From NCBI GenBank assembly GCA_041673345.1, contig JBAYXX010000008.1, positions 627 through 64,626 on the forward strand: a stretch of 64,000 bases of DNA, in the 5' to 3' direction. The notes beneath the pieces were generated by a model that was not told the origin of the DNA, searched no databases, and saw only the letters and a program-made list of their open reading frames with translations. The translations under genes and the position numbers were made by a program. Each line of letters starts with the position of its first letter. Position 1 is the stretch's first letter. Origin of the DNA: Kiritimatiellia bacterium. Lineage in GTDB: Bacteria > Verrucomicrobiota > Kiritimatiellia > RFP12 > UBA1067. Shown piece by piece: positions 19,189 through 28,812 of the stretch.

Positions 19189-21633
19189 ATGTACCGAACA
19201 TGGGAAATCACGTTAGCTTCTTGGCTGAAGCGTGGGATGATGCTTGTAACGGCAGGTTTTTGTTTATCTGCATTGGCGTCGGAATCGATTGTTTTGCAGG
19301 ATGCCTTCCGTCCTTCGTTGCAACGGAGTTGGTGGTGGGTTGTTGATTCGCCGACAAAACCATGGCAGCGAGAAATGCGGCTTCAATTTGAGCAAGAGCA
19401 GATGCGCTTTCGTTTCATTTCGGGGCATACGTTGCTACAGAGCCTGGAGATTGTTGATGTGCTCACCGAGAAGACAGTCTGGGAAACGCAGTCGTTTGAA
19501 AGGGCTTTATTGACACCGGTTTTGCCGGAAGCCGAATATGTGGTGCGTTGTCGTGGCCGTATGGGAGGTGAGAAGGTTTCTGTAGCCGTTAATTCGTATC
19601 GAGACGGTTATCTCTTACCAACCTGGAAACCGAGTGACGTTGACATTGCCCATACCGTTGGCGGTGGAATTACGCTGACACCACAGACTCCCGGAAAAGC
19701 TGGTTCCATTTGCGGACATATTTTTAAGCTTGTGCCCGGTCGTTTTTATACGATTGATCTCAAATTTGAGTCCAACCAAGTGAATGAATTTTTCATGCGT
19801 TGCACGCAGCGCAAGGATGGGGCACGACGCGCTAAAACGGCGACACTGACAACTGGAGTTGGTGATGAGCTGAGTTGGAGCGTTGATGTTGCGGCCGTTG
19901 CCGCTTCGATCTCCCTTACGCTGGAGGTTTCAGATGCGTGCCATTTGCATGAATTGATCCTGAGAGAGGTTCCACCGCCGTCCGCTCGTAAAGAGGTGGC
20001 TGGCAAGACATTCACTTTCGAGCCTCGCAATTCAGAGCCAGAACCATTGAATCCCCGTCTCAGCGAACCCATTGCTTTTAGTCGTTCACCTCGGCAAACG
20101 TTCGAGTCGAGTATACCGCAGGATTTCGAACGAATTACAGATCTCAATACTTTTGTGACGCCGGGAGAATATGCCGTCTGGCATTTTACCGTTCACAATC
20201 CAAATGAATCGCGACGTTTGGAGCGATTAACAATTAGTGCGTTGGAAAGCGAGGATGGGCGCAAAATTCCAGCGTCAGACGTGAACATTTCTCACGTTCA
20301 ATTTTGGGATTATCCGAGTGGCCCCTATACCTACTACAACATCCCTGAGTTGATTGAGCCGCAGGAGTCTGCTGATCTCGGTGCAGGTGAAAATCGTATT
20401 TTCTGGCTTCAGTCTCGAATTTCTGAAACGACTCCGTCCGGTGTTTACACAGGAACAGCGCATGTCATGTGCGGGAAGACTGAACTTGAACTTCCTGTAA
20501 GATTGCGTGTTTTACCTTTTACATTACAGACACCGACAAATATGGTTTGGGCCGTCTATTCACGTCAGCACGTCCGTCCGCAAAGCCAATATCCGAAAAA
20601 ACTTGCCGTTCGCTACTATCGCGATATGGTCGATTACGGCGTTACTGCTTTGCACCGGACGCTAGGCTCGGAAGCGAGTGTGCGAATTTTTCAATCGGTG
20701 CGCCGCCAAGCTGAAATGAAAGGCCCGGTGATCGTTTACGGCATACGGGCTGAACATGTTGCGATGGAAAGGTGCGGCGTAACAAACGCTGTTCGTTGGT
20801 TCAACAATCCGGAAGTCCGTCAGACTTTTGTTGACTTTGTGAAGGAATTTGATGGCTGGTTTAAGAAGTATGGTGGCGAAGGCTATGAAGATTGGTATTA
20901 CATGGGCAATGATGAGCCTCATATCCGCAGTATGGAGGAGAGTGGTTGGCAGAACAGGCTGGCCCGCGAGGCGGGAGTCCGCACGGCCTCCTGCGTCTAC
21001 GCGCCGCGCTATGTTCGTGAACTCTCTCCCTGGCTTGATCTCTCCTGCAACAGCTTCATTTCGCAGAGTCCTGTGATGCGCGATGAATTGCTGGAAGTTG
21101 CTGAAGGTAAGCCCCTCGAATACTGGTATCTTGGCGGTGGCGTCTATGGGGGCCAAGAGGGCGGTCTGATGCCTGACCGGCTAGATAGCGGCTTTATGAG
21201 TTTCAAGCTTGGCGTGACTGGGCATCTTTCTTATACCTATCAGGCGTTTTCCAGCCGATCCAGTCCGGATCCCTATGACAATTTCACTGCCGGAAAATCC
21301 TATGGGATGACCTATCCCGCTCGGAATCCGACGGAAGAGAAAGTCAGTGTTTTCTCGCTGGAATGGGAAGGCATTCGTGAGGGAATCGTCGACTATAAGT
21401 ATCTTTATACGTTGCAGAAATTGGAGGCGCAAGCCCGTGCAAAGGGCTTTATCGAAGAAGCCAATGCTGCGCGAACAACACGGGAAGCGGTTCTTGCTCA
21501 CGTTCCCTGGCGTGATGACCGCAACTATATTTCGGATGGTATCACTCAGGTCCAAATGTTTAACAATGAAATTGCCGACAAGCTTCGTGCGCAAACGGCA
21601 CAGGCTATTCTTACTTTACTGGAGGTTTTATAA
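19189..21633 (+). CDS. secreted GH123-like / DUF4091 protein (copy B)
   Basis: Full-length paralog of copy A; YMGNDEP, SLEWEGIREGIVDYKY; stop overlaps the next start (TAATG). Confidence 0.72.
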   Translation: MYRTWEITLASWLKRGMMLVTAGFCLSALASESIVLQDAFRPSLQRSWWWVVDSPTKPWQREMRLQFEQEQMRFRFISGHTLLQSLEIVDVLTEKTVWETQSFERALLTPVLPEAEYVVRCRGRMGGEKVSVAVNSYRDGYLLPTWKPSDVDIAHTVGGGITLTPQTPGKAGSICGHIFKLVPGRFYTIDLKFESNQVNEFFMRCTQRKDGARRAKTATLTTGVGDELSWSVDVAAVAASISLTLEVSDACHLHELILREVPPPSARKEVAGKTFTFEPRNSEPEPLNPRLSEPIAFSRSPRQTFESSIPQDFERITDLNTFVTPGEYAVWHFTVHNPNESRRLERLTISALESEDGRKIPASDVNISHVQFWDYPSGPYTYYNIPELIEPQESADLGAGENRIFWLQSRISETTPSGVYTGTAHVMCGKTELELPVRLRVLPFTLQTPTNMVWAVYSRQHVRPQSQYPKKLAVRYYRDMVDYGVTALHRTLGSEASVRIFQSVRRQAEMKGPVIVYGIRAEHVAMERCGVTNAVRWFNNPEVRQTFVDFVKEFDGWFKKYGGEGYEDWYYMGNDEPHIRSMEESGWQNRLAREAGVRTASCVYAPRYVRELSPWLDLSCNSFISQSPVMRDELLEVAEGKPLEYWYLGGGVYGGQEGGLMPDRLDSGFMSFKLGVTGHLSYTYQAFSSRSSPDPYDNFTAGKSYGMTYPARNPTEEKVSVFSLEWEGIREGIVDYKYLYTLQKLEAQARAKGFIEEANAARTTREAVLAHVPWRDDRNYISDGITQVQMFNNEIADKLRAQTAQAILTLLEVL

Positions 21634-22883
21634 TGAAATCGATCCTACTGACTGCTCTTCTTTTTCTCATCTGTCCATTGATGGCGGCTGAGTTATATAA
21701 GTGTTCAAGTCCGCCGTTGATCGATGGGGCAGAGGATACAATTTGGCAAGAAGCGAGCGTATTTCCGTTGTTCAATATCAAGGCGGACCAGCCACTCGTT
21801 ATGGAAACGGTTGCTCGCATCATGTACGATGATCAAAATCTCTACGCCTTTGTTCATTGTCGCGAGGTCAATCTGGTTGAAGCCCGAGATCAGATGAAAT
21901 ACACCCGACACGACGCACCCGTTTGGGAAAATGGCTGCGTGGAGTTTTTTCTTGATGTTCGTAACGACGGACGCGCTTATTATCAGTTTGTCGTCGACGT
22001 TCACGGCAGTGCTGCGGACTTGCTGCGATACGACCCCGATGGTCCCCGAAAAGGGATAGAATGGAACGGTTTTTGGCGTCGTGCAGTCGGCACAAGCGCT
22101 GATGGCTGGACAGTTGAAGTTGCCATTCCTTGGCGTAGCCTGAACATGACACCTAGCGACCAGCGCCTGGGGTTGAATATTTCGCGCGTACGGCGCATTT
22201 CGCCCTTTGAGCGTGGCACGTTGGCTGCGGGAACGTCTTCAATTAGCGATTTGGCCCGTTTCCTGATTTTTGAGAACATCCGTCTTGAGGCACCTGAGGT
22301 CTCCGCCGAGATTCAGCCCGGCGCAGTTTTCCTCGGGAAAAACAGGATGCGGCTGCGGGTCCAGAATCATACTGAAGCGCCAGTTTCTGGTCAGTTGCAA
22401 CTCGTCGGCACAGCCGTGGCGGTTGCCGAAGTGATTATGCGGGAAAATCTGCCGCTGGAGCTGAAGGCTGGTGAGACGCGCGATGTGGCGGTTGATTACC
22501 GGAGCGACACACTGGGCCGAGTACAGGTGACCGCTAACTTAGTTCAGAATCAATCGGTACAGTTCCTCGATGTCGCAGATTATGTCTTCCGCCAGCCGAT
22601 CGAACTGAATGATCTTCATCCGCTTGCATTCGCCGGCAAAGATCATCCGGTTTACGTTCGGATATTCACTGATGCTTCCGAGTGGACGGTGGATGTCACG
22701 ATTAGTGACCGTCAAGGCAGCGTCTGCGCGGTGACCGAAAACCTCAGACCTTCTGCGAACGCTTTTCTGATGCTTCCAACGGCTCGTCTGGAGCCAGGTG
22801 ATTATAGCGTCAGGATTACGCTCAGACATGGTGGGGCGATCAGTGAAAGCGATGTGCCACTCACTGTGATTCGCCAGCCTTAG
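21633..22883 (+). CDS. secreted CBM9/DOMON-like protein (copy B)
   Basis: Same length (416 aa) and colinear with 13545..14795. Confidence 0.75.
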   Translation: MKSILLTALLFLICPLMAAELYKCSSPPLIDGAEDTIWQEASVFPLFNIKADQPLVMETVARIMYDDQNLYAFVHCREVNLVEARDQMKYTRHDAPVWENGCVEFFLDVRNDGRAYYQFVVDVHGSAADLLRYDPDGPRKGIEWNGFWRRAVGTSADGWTVEVAIPWRSLNMTPSDQRLGLNISRVRRISPFERGTLAAGTSSISDLARFLIFENIRLEAPEVSAEIQPGAVFLGKNRMRLRVQNHTEAPVSGQLQLVGTAVAVAEVIMRENLPLELKAGETRDVAVDYRSDTLGRVQVTANLVQNQSVQFLDVADYVFRQPIELNDLHPLAFAGKDHPVYVRIFTDASEWTVDVTISDRQGSVCAVTENLRPSANAFLMLPTARLEPGDYSVRITLRHGGAISESDVPLTVIRQP

Positions 22884-22992
22884 ATCGTTCGGTGCCGATG
22901 TTACTTTCGCTTGGAGGAGTGATAGCGATATACTTTACAAGTTTGATACGGGAAAATTCAGCTGACAGTTAATACATCAACAGGAGCATGTT

Positions 22993-23412
22993 ATGAAAAG
23001 AAAAGAGACGTTCATTATTTTTATCGGATTAGCCTTGGCAGTCTCGAGTCGTGGAGAGGTTTACGTTGCCCCGAATGGACCCGGTCCCGCTCCTTTTGCA
23101 AGCTGGGCGACAGCTGCGCCGGATATTCAGTCGGCTGTTACAGCGGCCGCCCCGGATGACACGATCTTGATTTCGAATGGTGTCTACGGGGGTGGCGGCA
23201 TCCGTATTCGTTACGATTTGGGGTTAAGGATTGAGAACTGCACGATTACTGGTAATTCTGCCGATAAGCCGGGCGGCGGTATTAATTTTTATGCTCCTAC
23301 CACCTTAGTTAACACCATCATCTATGGTAATACCTGCTCTTACTCGTCGACTTACAACAATTATTACCAACGTTACGATGGGACGAATGCGGTTTTCGAG
23401 AGCTCATTATAA
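22993..23412 (+). pseudogene. internally deleted and 3'-truncated beta-helix protein (copy B)
   Basis: N-terminus VYVAPNGPGPAPF-SWATAA-DIQ matches 14845..16452, then joins in frame to GGGIR...ENCTIT; about 310 codons and the C-terminal tail are missing. Confidence 0.8.
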
Positions 23413-23487
23413 CCGATGGAGGAGGAACCCCGTGAACGGGTTACATGGAATGTCAACGAAGGACAATCAATAAAAAGGAGATGAAAT

Positions 23488-24411
23488 ATGATAAATCGGC
23501 GTGAATTTCTTGAAAAGACAGCGGCACTTGCCGGAGTAAGCACATTGCCGGCATGGGGTCCGTTGGGCTGCGCAACGCAAGCCCGCTACCCAGCTTACGG
23601 GAATACTCTGCAGGACCGTCTCTGGATGTGGGGACATGACTCGGGGGTTTATGACGGAGCAAAGGGAAAATATAACATCCCGCTGAGCCCCCCGATCAGT
23701 ATGGCCGACGGCATCAAATACATGGGGATACCGAACGTCTGTGTGATTCGTCACAGAGTCGGGAACGACGAATACAACAAACAGTTCAAGGACGTGAAGC
23801 GGATTGCATGGACCCTCTCCATGGGCTCCAATCAGTCTTATCAGAGCTTGAAAAACTATGTCTTCGGTTTACGGGATACGATGCCCAACCTAACCGGCTA
23901 TTATTTAGATGACTTTTTCCGTTTCGGCGACAAGCCTGGGTTTGACCAGAATTCCGAGACTGTCCCCGCGCCAGCCTCACTTTCCTTGGATGAGCTAAAG
24001 CAGCTCCATGACGAAACGAAGGCCTACAAGCGCCGCCTTGATCTGGCAATCGTTTTGTACACCCATATGCTGTGCCCGGCGATCAAGCCTTACATGAAAT
24101 ACACCGATACTGTCTCGCTCTGGATCTGGAGCGGTAGCGACATCCAGAAAATTGAGGATAATTTCAAAAAATATCGTTCTCTGGTTCCTGACAAACCGAC
24201 CCTTCTCGGCATCTACATGTGGGACTTTGGGGGCAGAAAAGAGCTGAGTACAGAGTTTATGGGCAAACAACTTGACTATGCCTACAAGCTGTACAAGCAG
24301 GGACAAATCGAGGGGATGATTTTCCACTGCACACCGCTTTGCAACAAAAATCTTGCGGCTGTCGAATATGCGAAAAAATGGATTGCCGAGCATGGCGGGG
24401 AAAGCCGGTAG
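23488..24411 (+). CDS. Tat-exported hypothetical protein, possible (beta/alpha)8 fold
   Basis: NRREFLE Tat motif, possible lipoprotein Cys; GYYLDDFF and LGIYMWDFG motifs; GGAG SD. Confidence 0.65.
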   Translation: MINRREFLEKTAALAGVSTLPAWGPLGCATQARYPAYGNTLQDRLWMWGHDSGVYDGAKGKYNIPLSPPISMADGIKYMGIPNVCVIRHRVGNDEYNKQFKDVKRIAWTLSMGSNQSYQSLKNYVFGLRDTMPNLTGYYLDDFFRFGDKPGFDQNSETVPAPASLSLDELKQLHDETKAYKRRLDLAIVLYTHMLCPAIKPYMKYTDTVSLWIWSGSDIQKIEDNFKKYRSLVPDKPTLLGIYMWDFGGRKELSTEFMGKQLDYAYKLYKQGQIEGMIFHCTPLCNKNLAAVEYAKKWIAEHGGESR

Positions 24412-24425
24412 AAAAAATAACCGCT

Positions 24426-27227
24426 ATGCAATACTTCACGCCAATAACTACTCACACATTAGAACTGTCGAGGAAAGCCGTTTTGAAAACTGCCCTTGCG
24501 GTAAGCCTTTTACTAACAGCCAGCGGAGCCGATGCCGCAGTTTCAATGCGCACCATCGACGAAACCTGGCCCCCGCCTCCAGGGGAGGAGAGCTGGACAT
24601 TTGTAGAGGAGCTTAAGCAGCCTCTGCCCTTTGTTTTGTTCTGGAAGGAAGGCAGCTTGCCGCAGCCGGACCAGATCGATCTACGTGGTGGTTTGACTGT
24701 GAAACAAGCTTTCCCAGATGCGAAGGGCGTTCTTAAAACAGCGTATGCCGACCTCGACAACTTTATCGCCTTTGCGAAATTCGGCGGAGAGGGCAAACTG
24801 TCCATCATAACCGAAAAGGCCGCGACAGATGTCCCTGAGGCCTATTCGATCGCGATCTCGCCGGAAGGTATCCGACTGTTGGCCAGCGACACCGAGGGTA
24901 TTCGGCGTGCGATTTTCCACCTCGAAGAGTTGATCTCCACCGCAGACGGCCCCTTTCTCAACTCCGGAGTCATCCGGAAAAAGCCGTGGCTGAAGAATCG
25001 CATCACGCGCTGTTTCTTTGGGCCGATCAAGCGTCCCCCGCTGAACCGCGACGAACTGATGGATGATGTTGATTACTATCCCGATGCCTACCTCAACCGC
25101 CTGGCGCACGAAGGCGTGAACGGACTGTGGCTGAGCATCGAGTGGAAGGACATCACCAAGACCTCCTTCCGCGAGCCGAGCCCCGACATGGAGAAAAGGC
25201 TCGCGAAACTGCGCCGGACCGCCGAGAAATGCGGGCGCTACGGAATCAAACTGTGGCTCTACTCAAACGAGCCGGTGGGCTTCCATTCTGAGGACGATCC
25301 CATGCGTAAGGCGCATCCCGAGATGGTCGGAGCGGGCTGGGGCGCACGCCACTTTGTCTGCCCGAATTCCGAGGCCGGGCAGAAGTTCATCTATAAATCG
25401 ACCCGCTGGATCTTCTCCCAGGTTCCAGGGTTGGGCGGTATGATCAACATCTCGCTGGGCGAGGGCGGCTCCTCTTGTCTTGATTCGGTGGGTGTCCAGC
25501 GGGATGCGCGTCCGGCTTGTCCGCGCTGCGCTCTTGTTCCGAACTGGCAGACTCTCGCGGCAGGCCAGGGCGCGATGGCGAGAGGAGTCAAGGATGGCAA
25601 TCCGAATGCGGAGTACATCTGCTGGCTCTACATGCCGTCGTGGAAACCCTTTGCCCCTTGGGTGTATGAGCTTGGCTCCCACATGCCCAAGGATGTGACG
25701 CTGCAAGTGAACTTTGAATCAGGTGCTGTCAAGTACCAGTTGGACCGTCCGCGGGTGGGCGGCGACTACTGGCTGTCGTTCATCGGACCGTCCGAGCGTT
25801 TTGCTCGGATCGCCGGACAAGCGGCGGCCAACAAGACACCGATGGCTGCGAAGCTCCAGGTGGGATGCTCGCACGAAGCGGCGACCATTCCGTTTATGCC
25901 CGTGCCCTCGCTTCTCTACCGTAAGTACAAGGAGATGCCCAGCATGAACGTCACCTCTGTGATGCAGTGCTGGTACTTCGGCAACTATCCCGGCGTGATG
26001 AACCGTGCGGCAGGGCGGCTGGCTTTTGAAGACTTCTCGAAGACAGAGGAGGATTTCCTACAGACGTTGGCCCGTCCAGAGTGGGGCGGAGAGGCGGATC
26101 TCGTTGTGCGGGCATGGGGTCACTTCTCGGCAGGGTTCCAGCATTTCCCGCTCTCAACGCGCTTCCAATGGTGGGGTCCTATGCATGCGGCGCCAGTCTG
26201 GCCGCTGCATCTGAAGCCAGCTCTCAAACAGCTGCAGCCCACCTGGCTGGTCGGTGGCCCCTGCGGCGATGCCATTGGTGAAGTGCTAGACAACCACACC
26301 CTTGATGAGACCGTTATTTTGTCGCGGCAAATGTCGGAGGAGTGGAACAAGGGCGTTGCTCTCATGAAATCAATCGAACCCAAATTCAAGGGAAACCGTG
26401 AGCGTCTTCTTGATATCGGCCTGACAGAAGCGCTAGGCATCCAATTCGCGAGCGCGTACAACATGCAGAACTTCTACCTTATGCGCCGTCAGCTGTTCGA
26501 CCTCTCCCCTACTGACGCCTTGCAGCGTTTGGCAGAGATGGAAGAGCTCGTTCGCCTGGAAATCAAGAACAGCGAACGGCTGACAGTGCTCTGTGCTGCG
26601 GATTCGCGCCTAGGCTTCCACTCAGAAGCCGAGCGGCATCAGTATTCCGTCACGCGGCTCAAATGGCGCGTGGAGGTACTGAACGATCTGCTCGCGACCG
26701 AGTTCCCTGAATACCGGAGTGCCTTCCAGGCAGGGCAACAGGTGTCGCGGTTCGCCGAGGGGCGCGCGGTTTACACCTGCGGTGCGGGATGGGTCGATTG
26801 CAAGACCTACCAATGGCAGGCAGAGCGCGCTGGGGGTGATCTTGTCCTGAAGGTGGAGATGAAGGCTCCAAAGTCGGCAGGGTCCTTTACCCTCTATCTC
26901 TGCGATCCGTTTGTGACCGCACACTATTGGGAGATCAACCTCGCGACCTCTGGCTCCGTATCGGATTCCCGCGCAATCGGCTTGCGGGCTGAACCATACA
27001 CAACACCTACTGGCGCGAACGGCGTGACGCTGCGCATCCCGTCAGCTGGGTTGCAGGCCTTCGACCCTTCGGGGCGCGCGTATGCCTTCAACATCTTCAA
27101 CAGCGGCCTCGGCGCGGACAACTGGCCCACAGGCATGGGCGAATCAGACCTCAGCACCTACCGCCTGGCCCTCAGCCGCTTCAAACCCCAAAAAATGGGC
27201 TACATCCGCACAACCCCGTCCAAATAA
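24426..27227 (+). CDS. large secreted protein with GH20-type N-terminal (zincin-like) domain and unassigned catalytic-like domain
   Basis: PEAYSIAISPEGIRLLASDTEGIRRAIFHL; RK-type Tat-like leader; start set at ATG 24426. Confidence 0.65.
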   Translation: MQYFTPITTHTLELSRKAVLKTALAVSLLLTASGADAAVSMRTIDETWPPPPGEESWTFVEELKQPLPFVLFWKEGSLPQPDQIDLRGGLTVKQAFPDAKGVLKTAYADLDNFIAFAKFGGEGKLSIITEKAATDVPEAYSIAISPEGIRLLASDTEGIRRAIFHLEELISTADGPFLNSGVIRKKPWLKNRITRCFFGPIKRPPLNRDELMDDVDYYPDAYLNRLAHEGVNGLWLSIEWKDITKTSFREPSPDMEKRLAKLRRTAEKCGRYGIKLWLYSNEPVGFHSEDDPMRKAHPEMVGAGWGARHFVCPNSEAGQKFIYKSTRWIFSQVPGLGGMINISLGEGGSSCLDSVGVQRDARPACPRCALVPNWQTLAAGQGAMARGVKDGNPNAEYICWLYMPSWKPFAPWVYELGSHMPKDVTLQVNFESGAVKYQLDRPRVGGDYWLSFIGPSERFARIAGQAAANKTPMAAKLQVGCSHEAATIPFMPVPSLLYRKYKEMPSMNVTSVMQCWYFGNYPGVMNRAAGRLAFEDFSKTEEDFLQTLARPEWGGEADLVVRAWGHFSAGFQHFPLSTRFQWWGPMHAAPVWPLHLKPALKQLQPTWLVGGPCGDAIGEVLDNHTLDETVILSRQMSEEWNKGVALMKSIEPKFKGNRERLLDIGLTEALGIQFASAYNMQNFYLMRRQLFDLSPTDALQRLAEMEELVRLEIKNSERLTVLCAADSRLGFHSEAERHQYSVTRLKWRVEVLNDLLATEFPEYRSAFQAGQQVSRFAEGRAVYTCGAGWVDCKTYQWQAERAGGDLVLKVEMKAPKSAGSFTLYLCDPFVTAHYWEINLATSGSVSDSRAIGLRAEPYTTPTGANGVTLRIPSAGLQAFDPSGRAYAFNIFNSGLGADNWPTGMGESDLSTYRLALSRFKPQKMGYIRTTPSK

Positions 27228-27291
27228 CAAAATGAAATTTCACCATACAAATCCACAAAGCAAAAATGTAGAAAAAGGAGAAACCGACACT

Positions 27292-28812
27292 ATGAAAACT
27301 ATGACCTTTATCTTTGTCCTGTTTGCGGTTTCTTTTTTCTTTCCTATCAAGGCTGGCCATGCGGCCCAGCTTTATGCGGGAGTCGCCAAGGCCGATATAA
27401 CGGATTATACAGCGGGTCCCGTCAATGATCCGCTGTATGTCAAAGCCTTGGTACTGAAGAACAGTTCTAATACTGTTGTGCTGATTACGGTGGATGCGGT
27501 GGCCATCGGGAAACTCGGCAGGATCAGCAACGATTTTCTTCCAAACATACGCGCGCAACTGCAGAAGGACCTGAACATCCCGCCTTCGCATGTCCTGGTC
27601 AATGCCAGCCACTGCCATGGCGTGGTGCGTACAGACACCGCGCGGCTTGCAGTGCAGACCGTTGAGGCTGCCTGTAGCAATTGGGTGCCTGTGACGGTCG
27701 GCACTGGTATCGGCCGCGAGACCCGGATTATGGAAAATCGCCGCCTTAAGCTGAAGAACGGAGAGGAGGCGGATGTCCGCCGCGCTTACGCGCTGCCGCC
27801 GGACGAGGAGGTTGTTGCCAGCGGACCGGTTGATCCGGATATCGGCGTACTCAGGATCGACAAGAGAGACGGAAAACCGCTGGCAGTGGTTTACAACTTC
27901 GCATGCCATCCCATCATGGGGGTTCCGAGCGGAGGAAACACAGCGGACTATCCTGGGTTCGCTTCCAGTGTGATCGAAGAGACGATCGGGGACGGCGCTG
28001 TCGCGCTGTTTTTACAGGGATGCGCAGGAGACATCAACCCGGCGTTGTACAAAACAGACCACCAACTTCATGATGCGGAATCGCTGGGCAACCTGCTGGG
28101 CCTCAGCACAATGCGGGCAATGAAAAAAATAGAGACTCAAGATGATGGCGAGCTTAAGGTTATCAATGAAGTGATCGCGTTGCCGCGAGGAACGGATCTG
28201 GCACAACGAATCTCACGGCTGGAGAAAGCGCAGGCACGGCTGGTTCAATCTCTGAAAGGTACCAGCCTTAACCTCAAGGCCTTTATTCCATTGTATGTGC
28301 AATACGCCCTGTCCAGTAATTATCCCTCCTATTACTCTTACCGGTATCTGCAAAATCAGTCGCCTGGCAGAGATGAACTGACTAAACTCGACACCAAAAA
28401 CCGGGCGAACATGGAGAGCTACATTCAGAACGTGCATGTCATGGAACGCCTGACGAGAATTCAAGAAAACCTTCGTTTACTAAAGATGCATCACGCGCAA
28501 AACATGGCTTCCGGTCAGAAAACAGTCGATGCCGAAATCGTTGTCCTGAAAATCGGAGACTTTGTATTGGCCACGTTTCCAGGAGAGCCCTCCGCTGAAA
28601 TAGGACTGAACATCAAGCGCCACTCGCCCTATCCGTTCACCTTCGTGTCCGGCTGCTGCAACGGTTACCTCTACTATGCTCCGACCGCGCAGCAGCGCAA
28701 CAATCCGGGTTTTGCTCAAGAGGATTGCGATTGCCTTTTGGCGCCGGAATGGCAGAAGGCGTATGAAGAAAAGGTCGCGCTTCTCTTGGAAAAATTGTCA
28801 CATAAAAACTAG
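27292..28812 (+). CDS. secreted neutral/alkaline ceramidase-like amidohydrolase
   Basis: DPLYVKALVL, VNASHCHG, NFACHP, QGCAGDINP, FPGEPSAEIG, GYLYYAPT; AAGGAG SD before ATG 27292. Confidence 0.75.
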   Translation: MKTMTFIFVLFAVSFFFPIKAGHAAQLYAGVAKADITDYTAGPVNDPLYVKALVLKNSSNTVVLITVDAVAIGKLGRISNDFLPNIRAQLQKDLNIPPSHVLVNASHCHGVVRTDTARLAVQTVEAACSNWVPVTVGTGIGRETRIMENRRLKLKNGEEADVRRAYALPPDEEVVASGPVDPDIGVLRIDKRDGKPLAVVYNFACHPIMGVPSGGNTADYPGFASSVIEETIGDGAVALFLQGCAGDINPALYKTDHQLHDAESLGNLLGLSTMRAMKKIETQDDGELKVINEVIALPRGTDLAQRISRLEKAQARLVQSLKGTSLNLKAFIPLYVQYALSSNYPSYYSYRYLQNQSPGRDELTKLDTKNRANMESYIQNVHVMERLTRIQENLRLLKMHHAQNMASGQKTVDAEIVVLKIGDFVLATFPGEPSAEIGLNIKRHSPYPFTFVSGCCNGYLYYAPTAQQRNNPGFAQEDCDCLLAPEWQKAYEEKVALLLEKLSHKN

